Source: Camelus dromedarius
Taxonomy: Eukaryota
Length of the DNA: 64,000 nucleotides
Reading direction: 5' to 3'
NCBI RefSeq assembly: GCF_036321535.1
Contig: NC_087472.1
Span: forward strand, 94,862,001-94,926,000
Positions 47,301 through 61,807 of this stretch are shown piece after piece. Position numbers and translations under genes: made by a program. Under the pieces are notes generated by a model. The model was not told the origin of the DNA and made no database searches. It saw only the letters and a program-made list of their open reading frames with translations. Numbering within the stretch: position 1 is the stretch's first letter; each line of letters starts with the position of its first letter.

Positions 47301-50300
47301 CAGTAGTGGTGGCTCTTCTTTCATTTCTGCTATTACTAATATGTGTTTTCTCTCTTTTTCTCTTGATTAGCCTGGTTAGAATTTATTTATTTATTTATTT
47401 ATTTTGTGGCTATTTTCAAAGAAACAGCTTCTGGTTTTGTTGGGGTTTTTTTCTTTTTTTTTTCATTTTTTTCAATGTCACTGATTTAAATTCTGATTTA
47501 TTATTTCTTTTTTCTCCACTTTTTTCTTTTCTTTCACCAGTATACTAAGGTAGAAGCTTAAATTATTGATTTTAGATTTTTATAATATAAGCATTCAATG
47601 CTATACATATACCTTTAAGTACTGCTTTTGCTGTCTCCCACAACTTTTGATAAGTTGTAATTTTATTTTCATTTAGTTCGTAATATTTAAAAATTTCTCA
47701 TTCGATTTTTTCTTTATCCCACGTGTTAGAGGTATATTGTTTAGTCTCTAAATACTTTTGATTTTCCTAGTGTCTTTTTGTTATCAGTTTCTAGTTTATT
47801 TCCATCACAGTCTAAGAGCATTCATTGTATGATTCCTATTCTTTGAAATTTGGGGATGTGTTTTTTATGGCATAGAATGTGATCTATCTTGATGTATATC
47901 CTATGTGAGCTTGAAAAGAATGTGTTTTCTGCTGTTGTTAAGTATTTTATAACTGTCATTTAGACCTAGTTAATTGATGATGCTGTTCAGTTCAACAACA
48001 CCTTAATGATTTTCTGCCTACTGGATCTGTCAATTACTAAAAGAGGTGTGTTGACATCTCCATCACACATTAATAGTTACTATAGTTTCTTCAAGAACTG
48101 ACCACTTAATCACTGAGTGATGCCCGTCTTTATTCCTGATAATTTTCCTTGTTCTGAATTATGCTTTGTCTGAAATAAGAATAGCTAGTCCAGCTTTTTT
48201 TTTTAATTTATTATATGTGGTATAGTTTTCTCCATCCCTTTACTTTTAATCTTTTCATGTCTTTATATTTAAAGTGGGTTTCTTATGGACAGCATAGGGT
48301 TAGGTCTTTTTTGTTTTAATTCTTTTTATCGGTCTCTACCTTCTAATTGGTATATTTAGACCATTCACCTTAGAAGTGATTGTTGGTATAGTTGAATTAA
48401 TGTTGATTGTATTTGTAACTGTTTTCTAGTCATTGAACTTATTCTTTGTTTCTTTTTCAATCTGTTTTTTTTTTCTTCTCTAGTTTTAATTCAACATTTG
48501 ATATTATTCCCTTTTCTGTTCTCTTCAGCATCTCAATTATAGTTTAAAAAATTTTTAGTAGTTTCTGTAGAGTTTGCATTATACATTTACAAATTATCCA
48601 AGTTCTGTTTCAAATACTGCTTCACAGTTAGTGCACGTATCTTATAACAGAGTATTCCCAATTCCTCCTGTCCTGTCCTTTATACCATTGCTGCCATTTA
48701 TCTAGCTTATTTGTAAGGTATAATCACTGGATACATGGTTGTTATATTCTTATTTTGAGAAAGTAGTTATCTTTTTGATCAAATGAAAATAATAAAAAAT
48801 AAAAAGATTTATTTTATCTTCATTTATTCCTTCTCTTAACTCTCTTCCTTTCTGTATGTAAATCAAAGGTTCTGACCTGTATCATTTCCCTTTTCCCAGA
48901 AGAACTTATTTTAACACTTCTTGCAAAGGAGATGTTTCAGTGACAAATTTCCATTGGTTTTTGTTTGTCAGAAAAAGTCTTTATTTTTTATTACTTTGAA
49001 GGATTTTTTTCCACTGGCTATAGATACCTACATTGGTGGTAGTGTTTTCTTTTCTTTTTTTTCTTTCCATGCTTTAAAAATTTAAATCTAGTCTTTTCTT
49101 GCTTGCATGGTTCGTGAAGAGAATCTTTATATAATTGTTACCTTTATTACTGTATAATAAGTTCTTTTTTTCCTCTAGCTTTTTTCAAGAATTCTCTTTT
49201 TCTTTGGTTTTCTGCAGTTTGAGTATGATATGCCTACGTGTAGATTTTTTTAAAATTCTATTTATCCTGCTTGGTGTTCTCAGAGCTTCCCAGATCTGTG
49301 GTTTAGTATCTCTCATTAATTTGGGGGAAATGCAGTCATTATTACTTTAAATATTTTGCTTTTTTCTCTATTTCTTCTCCTTTTGTTATTCTCACTATGC
49401 ATATGTTATGTTGTTTGTAATTGTTCCACAATCTTTGATTATTCTGGTTTTGTTTTATTATTATTCTATTTTCATTTTGCTTTTTTAGTTAGCTTGGGGA
49501 GTTTCTGTCAACATATCTTTAATTTCATTGACTCTTTCCTTGGCCATGTCCAGTCTGCTGGTGAGCCTATCAAAGGTATTCTTCATGTCTGTTGTGATGT
49601 TTTTGATTTCTCATATTTCCTTTTGATTCTTACCTAGAGTTTCCATCTCTCTACTTACATTACCTACTATTCTTGTATGTTGTTCACTTTTTCCATTAGA
49701 GGCCTTGCATATGAATCATAGCTATTCTAAAATCCCAATATGATAATTCCAAATTATCTCCCACATCTGAATGTAGTTATTTACTTGCTTTGTTTCATCA
49801 AACTGTGTTTTTTCTGCCTTTTAGCATATTGTATAATTGTTGAAGGCTGTGCATAGTCTATTGGATAATAGGAACTGAGTTAAATGGGCTTTTAGCATGA
49901 GAGTTTATGTTTATCTGGATAAAAGTGATGTTTACTGTTTGCTCTTACTGTGAGTGCCTGAGGTTTCAATTTCCTTGAGTGTTCTTATTGTCTTTGGTTT
50001 TCCCTAGAAACACCTTCATAAATAGTCTAAGCCTTGCAGTTCTTTCAGTAGTAATCTTCTGGTATTATATTAGTACCTTGTTGATGTGGTGGGAAACTGT
50101 ATAGGAAGGAGAAGTGTTCTATAATCCTATGATTAGGTCTCCATGTTTTAGTGGTTCTGTGCCCCTGGGATACTACCTTCATAAATACTTCTTAGTCTTT
50201 ATCCCACTGTGAGATAGGAAGGCTAGGGGAGGAGAGAGCTGTGGTTGGGATTTTCCCTTCACCCAAATTAGTTGGTTAGTAATTAGTAATTAGTATGGAG

Positions 50301-51358
50301 AACAGAAACTTCTGGAGGTGTGTTTCAAAATGGTTGCTTTTCCTTAGGTGCTTTCAGAAGGGTTTATTTTCCCCTCATGCCAGAAGCATGAGGAAATTTT
50401 TCTTGGATCTTTATAATGAGAACCTGGCAGGGCTCCAGAAGGTAAAACTTATGAAAGTGTCAGGGCTCCCCTAAGACTAGGCCCCCTTTTTTTTTGGCTC
50501 TCAAGCTTGTCACACATAGCTCCCAATATTGCATCAATTACAGTTTAAATTTTCCTACCCATTCTTGGATCCAGGAGTTTCTGCTCCTGGTGAGCTGTTG
50601 TTGCCAAAAGATTGGCCCCTGTCCCTGATGAGCCAAGTTGAAACTCGTAGACAGGGTCTTGGAACATTGAAGAAAAGAGACAGCTTTATTGCTTTGCCAG
50701 GCAAAGGAGACTCACAGCAGGCTAGTGCCTTCAAAACTGTGAAACCCACCTTGGGGATGGGGCAGGGTGATTATATAGCCATAGCTCAAACAATAAAACA
50801 TCGATAACAATCAACAGAATCATTTTCTTATCTTAAGACTTAGAATGGCGTCATGATGCCTCCAGGGGACCAATTCTATAGAGGCTAGCAGTTACCACTG
50901 TTTAGATCTCTTTTTCTCGTAACAGCCCAAGGCGTGGTCTTCTTGGTAATTCAGGCTATTTTGTAAGGTTACAGTTCTTTGACCTTCTCCTTGGAGAACA
51001 ACTCAGAAACCAAGTATGATTCTTACTTTCAGTTACTGGAATAAAGCAGAATTAGTAAAATCAATAGCTTTATTTTAACAATGGGCCTGGAGCTGTGAGT
51101 AGCAACTGGTCAGTCAGGTTAGTTGACTGTTTTTAGGACAACCATAAAATAAGCAATCTGTTAGCCTTAAGTGCAGCCATTTTATTAATTCTCCTTCACT
51201 GTGATTCCATGTATTTGCGTAGCTCTTCAGTTTTGGGGGCACTGGTTTTCCCTGTAACTTTAATTCTCTGATGGATCTAAGAAGAATTACTGATTTTCAG
51301 TTTAGCTTTTTTCTTATTGTAGGGTGGGGGTGATGACATTTATATGGCAGAGCAAGAA
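44380..51358 (-). mobile_element. L1MC-like element with both ends and internal deletions
   Basis: 3' end atagacttttttaaagaacagatttagg...agagttcccatat, 5' end near 51340, and probable TSD ATTCTTGTC at 44369-44377 and 51360-51368. The homologous site at ~19325 is empty. Confidence 0.8.
50599..51198. mobile_element. Solo ERV1-type LTR nested in the L1
   Basis: TG...CA with 4-bp TSD CTGT (50595-50598, 51199-51202). Confidence 0.8.
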
Positions 51359-51578
51359 AATTCTTGTCGAATTTTGAATAGTAGAGATGGTACCATATAT
51401 CTATGTGTTGTTTCTTACTTTATTGGGAATCTCTGTAACATTCCACATTTAATTATGCTTACTATAGATTATGCAAAATAGAAATTCCCTTCTAATGTAA
51501 GTTTGCTAAAAGTTATTACCATGAACTGGTGTTGAATTTTATCAAAGGCCTTTTCTTTACCCTTACATGTAATTACAT

Positions 51579-52310
51579 TGTGATATTGTGATTTATAATA
51601 AGAAATACATATTTGGCCTTTGTCCCCATTTCTGGCACAGAGCTGCTAAAACTCCTGGGATTTCCTAAGTGATAAAAGCAAGAAAGGTGGAAGGAGTCCT
51701 TTGATATTCATATTAATCCCCTTTCAACCACACCTGAATTTATGTTAATGCGTTGACTTTCAGAAAGCCCCTAAGGTTGGAGTCTGGCTGCCCAGAGAAC
51801 CAAACTTTCAGTTAGAGGGTAAAAACTTTCAGTTCCACCCTCTGACCTTGAGAGAGGGAAGAGAGGCTGGAGACTGACTTAATTACCAGTGGCTAATGAT
51901 TTAATCAATTATGCCTATGTAATGAAGCCTCCATAAAAATCCTAACCAAAATGGTTTGGGGAACTTCCAGTTTGCCAAACACATGTAGGTGCTTGGAGGG
52001 TGATGCAGCCAGAGAGGGCATGGAAGCTCCACACCTCACTCTATGCCTCTCCTCCATTTGGCTGTTAGGGAGTCAGATCCTTCTATAATAAACCAGTAAT
52101 CTACTGAGTAAACTGTTGCCCTGAGTTCTTTGAGCCATTTTAGAAAATTATCAAATCCAAGGAGTGGGTCATGGGAACCTCCAATTTGTAGCCAGTCAGA
52201 ATTATAGGCGACATGGACTTGCAGTTAAGTGTAGGAGTCTTGTGGGACTGAGCCCTTAACTTCTGGGATCTGACGCTAACTCCAGGTAGATATTGTCAGG
52301 ATTGAATTGA
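51579..52310 (+). mobile_element. MER21-like LTR
   Basis: tgtgatattgtgatttataataagaaat...aatcaattatgcctatgtaatgaagcctccataaaa...tccaggtagatattgtcagg; absent at ~19530. Confidence 0.7.
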
Positions 52311-53089
52311 ATAAAAGTGTATAGAAAAATATTCTTTACCTTTACGAAAGCATTTTCTCCCTTTTTCTGTTAATGTGGTGATTTCTAGTTGTCAATGTTT
52401 TCTATATGATATCTTTGTGTTCCTTAGACATAGCCTATTTCTTCATTTAGTCACAAAGCTATATGTGAGTGATCTTTGTTCCAGTATTCTTTTATTGGGG
52501 CATTCTATCTGGACTTTGTATCAAGGGCAGCTACTCTATTAAAATGATTGATCCATCATCTTTTTGTATGGTTTGGAAGAATTCAAGTAAGATGGTGATT
52601 AGTTTTTCCCTGACCATTCGGTGTAAAGGGCCTCCAAACCGGTCTTGCCCTGGAACATTTGGATGATGCCGTGGGTTTAGACTACATTTTCAGCTTAGGG
52701 ACTTAATTTGCTAAAAATTGTTCCATTTTATTTGGATTTTCAAATTTAAAGGCAATCATATACAATATTATAGAGAATAAAAAATGAACCCTATATACGT
52801 GAAACTCAGCATCAATAATCCTCCATAGTTATGGGAAACAGCTTGTTCAGATTTATTTATTTATCAATTTGCTTATTGGCAAGCCCACTCCAGAGACAAA
52901 GCTCTGTACTTTCATTAGGAGATACATAATGTGTATTTTCTGCTTCATGGTGGTGTTGACAATTGTTGAGAATTTTCACTGTTATCCATTAATCCATTAG
53001 GGGCTGTAGAATGGTAATTCTCTAATTCTGTCTAATTCTATCATTCCATTGATTTTATGTATATGTGTAAAATTTAAAACATTAGATAT

Positions 53090-54540
53090 ATAATTAAAAA
53101 TATAATTCGTATATATATTCACATAACATCTTAAAGTGAATATTCAGTGGCATTAGTACATTCACAGTGTTGAGCAACCATTACCTCTATCTAGTTCCAA
53201 ACCTACTCCTCATTGCAAAAAGTAACTGTTATCCAAAAAGTGGGTTCATCTCTTGATGAGTGTGGAGCCAAATGACACAACCAAGTCAAAGAGCAGGAGA
53301 AGGAAGGATTTATTACTTGCAGAAAGTAAGGAGAACACCAGGGATCTTTCCCAAAACAGTGTCTGCCTGAACAGCAAAATTGGGGTAGTTTTAAACTAAA
53401 GGTACATGCATATTCATGAAGGGGCTTGGGTGATGAACAGAGTCCAAGCTATAGTTGACTAAAGTCACAAGGGTCAGAAAAGGTCAACACCACATCCCTT
53501 AGGTTCCATTTGATCTGGTGGTTGAGAATTTCAGGCTAATCTTTACCAATGAAACAGAACTAGGACTCTTTATAACTGATATTTTATCCTTGCTGTTGTT
53601 ACTTCTCTTGCCTGATGACATGCATTTCTGCATTCTTTTGTTCCCTTAAGATCGTTATTACTGAGACCTGTTTTAAGGACAAGCGTTGTGGCCAGGCTTA
53701 GATCACAAAATGGCTTAGGCCAAAATGGCTTCTCTTATGCAGAAAAAGTCATGCCTGGTCCTCTTTCTCTGGGCATCCTTTTCCGCATCTGCATACATAA
53801 CCTCTTAACCTTCAAAGAGTTACTTCTCATTCACTCCTCCCTGTAGCTGCTGGGAACCATCAATCTGCTTTCTGTCTCTATTAATTTGTTTATACTGGAT
53901 AATTCATATAAATAACATCATGTAATATGTGACCTTTTGTTTCTGGATCCTTTCATTAATCATTTATAATAATGTTTCCAAGGTTCATCCATGGTCTATC
54001 AGGTATCAGTACTTCATTCCTTTTTATGATTGAATAATATTCCATTGTAAGGATATACCACATTTGGTTATCCATTCATCCATTGAGGGAAATTTTGGGT
54101 TATTTGCATTTTTTGGCTTTTATGAATAATGCTTCTGTGAATATTTGTGCACAAATATTTGTTTGAATGCAATTTTTAAATTATTTTGGTTATATACCTA
54201 AGACTGGAATTGCTGGGTCACATGGTAATTCTTTGTTTAAATTTGAGGAAATACCGAACTGTTTTCCAAAGAGGTTGAACCATTTTATATTCTTACCAGC
54301 AATGTATGAGTGGTGCAATTTCTTCATATCCTTGCAAACACTTGTTATTTTCCATTTTTGTAACCAACCTAGTGAAATGGTATCCTATTGTGTTTTTATA
54401 TGCATTTCCCTAATGATTAATGATATTAAGCGTTTTTTCATGTACTGTTTGGCCACTGGTATATGTTCTTTGCAGGAATGTCTACTCACATCCTTTGCTT
54501 ATTTTTAAAAATTGATTTCTTGGTCTTTTTATTATTTTAT
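53090..54540 (-). mobile_element. L1 3' region (L1MB-like)
   Basis: cagtggcattagtacattcacagtgttg, gaataatattccattgta, ggaattgctgggtcacatggtaattc. Confidence 0.7.
53227..53797. mobile_element. Solo LTR nested in L1
   Basis: TG...CA with 4-bp TSD TAAC. Confidence 0.8.
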
Positions 54541-55174
54541 TATTTGGCTTCTAACCTCCCACAAAGATTGAGAGACAAAGGCCCTACCCTTCCTAATGGT
54601 TACTTTCATTGAAAAGGCTTTTAGGTCCTTGAGAAAGACTCCTGAGTTGTAGGAGATATTTTATATCATATACATCTCAAAGGGACAGAGGAAGGATTTA
54701 CAATTGTAAGGGTTTTTGTTGTTGTTGTTGTTGTTTGTTTTTTAAGTAAACACTCTAAGCAAAGGAAGATCAAGAGTTTATGTCAAATGTTGGCTGAAAC
54801 AAATTCTTTTCGTAGCCTTGAAATTTTCTAAACAGGAACTCACAGGGAGCTGGTTTGTCCTAGAATGTGACATTAGGCTGCTAGAAGGCATGCTAGAGTT
54901 TAGTCAAAATTCTTAATGCAGGGGTTGGACAGAATTGTTCATGCCAAGAGTCTTCACAGTTCTCAGTCCCTAACTTCAACTTGCAACTCCATGCCACATA
55001 GCTCTTTCCATAGGCAGTTCAAACCTTGGCAGGAACATATCTGCTAGCAAAATAACATCTTATACAATGTTTGTAATCAAAGGAGTGACAACACACCTCT
55101 AACAGATACTGTAATGTTATCATCAGAGTGACACCCATCACCTTGACATCATCTACTGATTAGAAGTAAGCCAC

Positions 55175-56645
55175 AGCAAAAGACCTGAATAGTCATTTCT
55201 CCAAAGGAGATGTACAAAAGGCCAATGGGTATATGAAAAGATGCCCAACAACACTAGTCATTAGGGAAATACACGTAAAAACTATAATGAGGTATCACCT
55301 CATGCCTGTTAGAATGGCCATCATCAAAAAGACAAGAGATTACAAATGCTAGGGAGGATATGGAGAAAAGGAAACTCTTTTGCACTGTTGGTGGGATTAT
55401 AAACTGGTATAACCACTATCAAAAACAGTATGGAGGACATTCAGAAAGTTAAAAATAGAGCTACCATATGATCCAGCAATCCAAATTCTGGGAATATATC
55501 CAAAGGAAATGAAAATACTAACTCAAAAAGATATCCACACCACTGTGTTACTAGCAGCATTATTGATAATAGCCAAGACATGGAAACAGCATAAGTGTCC
55601 TATGATGGACAAATGGATAAAGAAGTTGTTGTGTGTACACACACACACACACTGGAATTTATTCAGCCATAAAAAGTAAGAAAATCCTGCCATTTGCAAC
55701 AGCATGGATGGGCCTTGAGGGCATTATGCTAAGTGAAATAAGTCAGACAGAGAAAGACAAATACTGTATAATCTTGCTTATATGTGGGATCTAAAAAAAA
55801 CCAAAACTCATAGGAAAAGGAATCAGATTTGTGGTAACCAGAGGAAGTGGGTCAGGGGAGGAAAAATAAGAAAAAGGTAATTAAAACAATAAACTAGGGA
55901 TGTAATGTACAGCATGATGATTATAGTTAACACTGCTGTATGATATTGTAAGGGAGCAAATATGCTACCCAAAATATGTCTCTTTGGCATGAGGACTAAT
56001 TTAGGCTGATTGTTTTTAAGAAACCAAAGACTTGGGAAGTCCTTCTTTTTACCTCCCTTTTAGCTGCCTAAGAAATTCAGATAAAGGGCCTGTTACCTGA
56101 ATAGAATATCTACAGAGAACGTGGGTGAGGTGTGGTGGGGGAGATGCAACAGGGTCTAGAGAGCAGAGTCCACTCTGTGTCCCATTGGATGAATTGCCTT
56201 CCTCCCTTTGAGGTCCCAAACCACTACCGTCAACATCCTGTTTTGTCTTTAGCTGAAGGTGGTATTTAAGGTGAGGGCTTCAGCCATTTTAATGAGTTGC
56301 TCAGTCCTCCTGGGTCTCTCCCATGTATATATGTTATTAAACTTTTGTTTGATTTTCCCCTGTTAATCTGTCTCATGTCAATTTAATTCTTAGACCAGAC
56401 AGAAGAACCTAGAAGGATAGAGGAAAATTTCTTTCTCTCTGACAATATGTATGTCCTGATAGTTTTCATTGAAAGGCAAAAAAAATTTTTTTTTTCTTTT
56501 TTGTATCTGTATAAGATGATGGATGCTAACTAAACTTACAGTAGTAATCATTTCACAATATATGTAAGTCAAATTATTGTGCTGTGCACCTTAAACTTGT
56601 ACACTGATGTATGTCAATTATATATCAATAAGACTGCAGGAAAAA
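55175..56645 (+). mobile_element. L1 3' end interrupted by an LTR
   Basis: aaagacctgaatagtcatttctccaaag...agctaccatatgatccagcaatcc...gtcaattatatatcaataag. Confidence 0.8.
55947..56444 (+). mobile_element. Solo ERV1 LTR (MER34/39-like)
   Basis: TG...CA with TSD ATAT; same family as the inverted element at 62383-62940. Confidence 0.8.
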
Positions 56646-58065
56646 ACCCAAAGTAAGCCTTAGGCCCTATCCACACTTGAGGATAGGAGTAACCAGGGCA
56701 TGACCATAAGGAGATGGGGCTCAGTGTGATTCTGTTTGCCATACTCTATCCGCTAGGCCTCATTATTTCATGTCCCTACTTATGCGCAGTTTATTTACCC
56801 CCTCCCAGTATCCCAAAATGCCTGATCCCATTAAAACAGTAATTCACTATTCAAATCTATCTAAATCAGGTCCAACTGCAGATGATGAGACTCTTGGCAT
56901 ATAGTTTGTTAAGTGTATTAACTCACCAACTCAGCACAGTGCCTCTCTATTTGTGAACCTGTGAAACAAAAAAATGATCTGTTTTAACACATCCAATGTA
57001 CAGTTGTTGGACAGGATTGGGGTAACAGCTATCAAAATTGTAAAACCAGGCATAATGTGAGGTACAAAAGAGTCACGGGCCAGTAACATGTCTGAAATTC
57101 CACTGGTCAAAGGTTGTTAGTTCCTTGATTGAGTTTCAAAGCTTGAAAATAATACTTGTGGCTGTCAGCTTCGTCCTGTGGGTTCCTGGTTCCCACCTCA
57201 ATGGCTGTGTCATTTTAAAGGTAACAGGTGTTAAATGTAAAACCATTTCTTTTCAAATAGTGATCAAATGTACTGGGACAAGTACTTATGACACCCGCCT
57301 TGCTTTCTCCAGTGGAAACTTTCTGTTTAGTTTATTCAGGATTCCTGAGTAACTGTTAAGAGCCATTTTTACATTCCAGGCTATATATAGTCTGTCAAGC
57401 ATGCAACTCATCATCTAAGGTCTGTCACCTGTTCACCCCTCCCACAGCCTTTCCAACCACCATATAGCTAGACTTAAACTTCATTACCATTGAAGAAGTA
57501 TAGTTTACCAAGTCCTAAGCAGACTTGTCTCAGGGCATTTACATGTAACTGCTCTCACCTAGAAACCTACGTCGTCACTCCTTTTTGTTAATTGTCCATC
57601 TGGGCTACCATGATATCCTACCAGCTTAAAATTGCTCCTATCACAAAAATTCTGACATCCTCAGCAATAACTTGGTGTTTTCCAAAGAGGAGGTGCTCCA
57701 TTAATGTCAAGGGAAATAAATGAACCAGTGAACATGGTATCAATTAATTGAGACTTAATTTATCCTGCATTCCTGGATAAGTTAAGCAAACCCAAGAATG
57801 TATCTTTCAGTTTTACAGAATGACAGACTGAAGGTATTGGGAAATTCATGAATTGGCCATATTTCAGTTTATTTTTCTCTATTTTTTGAGCCCAATAATT
57901 TTACTGCTGAGTTACTTGATATTTCCAAAGAAATGCCTATGGAAATGCCACATTATCCTGTTCCCAATCATAAAATGAGATGAAAAATTTCTCAGTTTGA
58001 TTTACAAAATAATATAGCTCCTATCTTAAACCTGATACACAGCAATCAATGTTTAAACAAAGTAA

Positions 58066-58606
58066 TGTTTCAGCAAAATGTGGTGCGAAAAGATGGTCAT
58101 GTCCCAGGTCTTGAGTGAGTCGCTGGGATGCACCCTGCTGAGTCAGGGTCCTTGGCTTCATGCAGGAAAGAATTGAAGAGGGAGCCATAGTAAAGTGAAA
58201 GTAGATTTATTCAGGGAGATACACATTCCATAGAATGCAGTCTGTTTCAGAAGGGAGAATGGCCCTGGGTTGTTGGAATGGTTAGTTTTTATGGACTGCG
58301 AAATTTCATGTGCTAACAAGTGGGAGGATTATTCCAACTGTTTTGGGGAAGGGCAGGGATTTCTAGGTATTGGGCCACCACTACTTTTTGAGGTTTTATG
58401 GTCAGCCTTGGAATTGTGCATGGTGCCTGTGGGTGTGTCATTGAGCATGCTAATTTATTACAGTGAGTGTGTCATGAGGCTCAAGGTCTACTGGAAGTTG
58501 AATCTTCTGCCATCTTTGGCCTAGCTTGTTTTAACCAGTATTTGTCCTATCCTCAATGGCTGTGTCATTTTTTTGGTTGGACCCTGCCCCGTTCCCTCCT
58601 GTCTCA
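58066..58606. mobile_element. Solo LTR
   Basis: TG...CA with TSD GTAA; absent at the homologous ~25850. Confidence 0.8.
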
Positions 58607-58679
58607 GTAATGATTCATAAACTCCTATTTTGAAGCTATTTAAATCTCCTGTTAAAAATAAAAACACTTAAAATTTAAC

Positions 58680-58810
58680 AAAACATAAAAAAGAAGGAAG
58701 AAAGGAAGGGAAGAAGGCAGGGAGAAATCAAGAAAGAAAGAGGAAGAGAGGAAAAAAAGAAAAGAGGAAGGAAGCCTGGGAAGGAGGGAGGAAAACAGGA
58801 GGGAGGGAGC
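58680..58810. repeat. GA-rich low-complexity tract
   Basis: Seen directly in the sequence. Confidence 0.8.
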
Positions 58811-59826
58811 CGACCCGAAAATTAAATCTTATATACTGTGAAATTCCATTTACATAACATTCTCAAAATGACAAAATTACAGTGAAGGAAACTAGATCGG
58901 TGATTGTCAGAGGTTAAGATTGGGGAAATGAGGGACTTTATATGCAGTGATGGCAGAGTTCAGTCTTCAGACTGTGAAAGTTGTTACACAAATCTGTACA
59001 TGAGAAAAAACTTCATAGAACTATAACCACTGCCCTCCTGATAGGTGCATTTTAAAATTTTACTATCTGAATTATGTTGCAGTTCAGTTAGTAACCTTGT
59101 ACCAATGTCATTTTCTGAGTTTGGATGAACCTACTGTTCTACCTAAACTGACATCTTCAGGTAAAGATGGGTGAAGGGTACATGGGAACTCTGTATTCTT
59201 TTTGTGATTTCTTTATGACTGTAAGATTATTTCAAAATAAAGGATTTGAGATAAACAGGGAGGCTGTAACCCAATTGCTGCAATTGCTAATGTCCACCAG
59301 TGTCCATTTCTTCTCTCCTTATAGGACAAAATTTCTGAAGTCCATTGCAGTTGAGTGGGCCACCTGATTAGAATATGCTAGAAGTAGTGATTTAAAATAA
59401 AATGCAGAACTATACAAAGGCAGTGGATATGATGAAATTGCGTATGTAAACATAAAGAGAGGCAAGGAATAATCTTGGTTACAAGAAATGGAAAAGTTAA
59501 AAAAGGCTAGAGAGTATATCTGCTAAAGGGAGACTATACTAACTTTTCAACAACAGAAAACAATACAGGGAAATAACACATATTGCTTGTACTTTTTATG
59601 GTTTAGCCATCTTACTCTGTTGCCATTTGCCAGCAATGGATGCAACATTCTTAGTAACACAGACATCTTTTCATTCAATAGTAACATCTCAAACAGTGAA
59701 AGGTGTATTATATTTTACTATAGGTCATGTGAAGACTGTGGGAATGGCTGGTACATAATAATTAAAAATTTTTTTCAAATCCATAAAGTCAGAATCATTA
59801 CAGTAACAAAGATGGAGTTTTATGTC

Positions 59827-60401
59827 TGTTGCTGAACGCAAGTTCATGTGCCCAATGCACAGTGAGACCAAACAAATGGAGTTTGTCAGAGTTTGGAGCA
59901 GAGAAAGGTTTATTGCAGACCAAGCAAGGAGAATGGGTGGCTCATGTTCAAAAACCCCGAACTCTCCGATGGCTTTCAGGGAGAAGTTTTTATAGGCAAA
60001 ATTTAGGGTGAGGGCTGCAGGTTGTGTGACTTTCTTCTGATTGGTTGGTGGTGAGGTAACAGGGCAGTGTTCCAGGAATCTTGTGTTCAGCCTGAAGTTA
60101 TCATCCTCTACCTGGGTGGGGCCTTAGTACCTGCAGAAGAACTCAAAGATATATTGTTATATATGTAATGTATATTCCTTGAGGAGGAAACAGGACCTTG
60201 CCCCATCCTACACTATTGTTTCTTGACTGTTCCTTCTTTGTTTCTTCCTTCATTTTCCTGATTAGCAACTGTTTGAGTCTGCCCTTTGGAACTCAGGGAA
60301 GGTCTAGGAGGCTGAATTAAGCCTATTTCCCACAAACACGAAATGGAGGACATGGAAAGGATTTGTACCCTGAACAGCCCCCAGGGTCCTGTGTGGTTTT
60401 A
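59827..60401. mobile_element. Solo LTR
   Basis: TG start, TGTC TSD (59823-59826, 60402-60405); absent at ~28628. Confidence 0.75.
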
Positions 60402-60916
60402 TGTCTACTTTCCCCACAGCCTTGTAACCAGATGCAAATTCCACATCTGTGCAGTAAGAGGAATGAGGAATCTAGTCTAGATCCCTTCAGATTTGGAAAA
60501 ACATTAGAAACTGTAGGGCAGAAAAGATTCTCTCTTGTTAGAAGAGACATCAAGAAGAGCTCTCCCAAAACTGGGGGAAAATGAAGCCAACGCAAGAAGT
60601 AAAGCAGAAGAGGTATTAGGAGATTAGGAGAGTCTCTTCAGAAGCTCAGCAGAGCGGGAGAAACATAACACAGGAAGAGAGATTGGCTGGAAATGTACAC
60701 AGTCTATGCATTTTTCAAGAATACAGGATTCAAAGGGCTTGGGGGAAATGTAATTTTAGATGATGTGAAGATCCCCATGCCTTGAGGTTCAAATCAGAGT
60801 GAAATGCAGAAGAGTTAGGGAATTTGCTTGTTGAGAGATGTTTAGGGACACAGAAGCTGAATATCTAATGTCTGTCTGAGAAATTTAAAAAACAAAATGT
60901 TAAACAGAAATAATTT

Positions 60917-61807
60917 TGTTATTGGAGAGTAGATTCTTATCTTGTCGCAGGAAGAATTCAGAAAGGAGACATGGAGGTCAAGAAAAGAGTGGAAATTTGT
61001 TAAGCTATAGATATACGCTGTCAGGCGGAGAGTGGCGGGCAGGCTCAAGGGAGTAGCTGCCCCGAATTTCTTTGGCAAACTGGTTACATAGGGTGTAAAA
61101 GTGAATGGGCAGAAAATTCACTGGAGAAAGAGGGGTTTGGGGCGGTATTTCCTGAATTTTATCCCAGCTCCACCTTCCCAAGGGGAGGAGGGATTTTTTT
61201 ATCCTTAGTCTTGATGGGGAATTCGGATAAGGGCATAATGAGCAAAAGGATACCTTCTGATGCTGGAGATTCCTGTCTTTTCCCACCTTTCTTTGTCTAC
61301 CTCCAGGACACTTGTGTCAAATGAAATAAATACACAGCCTAAAAGTTGAGAGTTATGTTGTATTTGGCGGGAGGACTTGAGCAAGGATGGCAGCCTCTCA
61401 GATCTCTCTGAGGGACTGCTCCGAAGAGATAGGGGAGGAGCTAGGATATATAGGAGTTTTACAACAAAGACCAGGTAGTTGGAACAGTAAAAGATGACTT
61501 GTTAACTAAAGAAAACCAGACATCTCAGGTTAAAGAATTTAGCACTTTTCTATGTATTGGAGGAAGCAAACATTTGGGCTTACTGAATTCATTCCTTTGA
61601 CAAGCACCTAGCTATCTAGGGCCAGTATTTTTGAAGTATTTTTCATTCACACTTGTCAACCCAGAACGTATGGTTTCTTATCAGTCCAGAGGTTCCTGCT
61701 TTTCTCGGTCTGCCCAAGGTCCCCTGTTGTTCACAAGATGTAGTTTCCTGCCATTTGGTCTATGTCCCCCTTCTCTGCTCATATCTAGCTCTCTGCCTGC
61801 TCTAACA
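60917..61807. mobile_element. Solo LTR with a nested LTR at 61315-61651
   Basis: Outer TG...CA element absent at ~29725; inner TG...CA element flanked by TSD CTTG. Confidence 0.7.
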
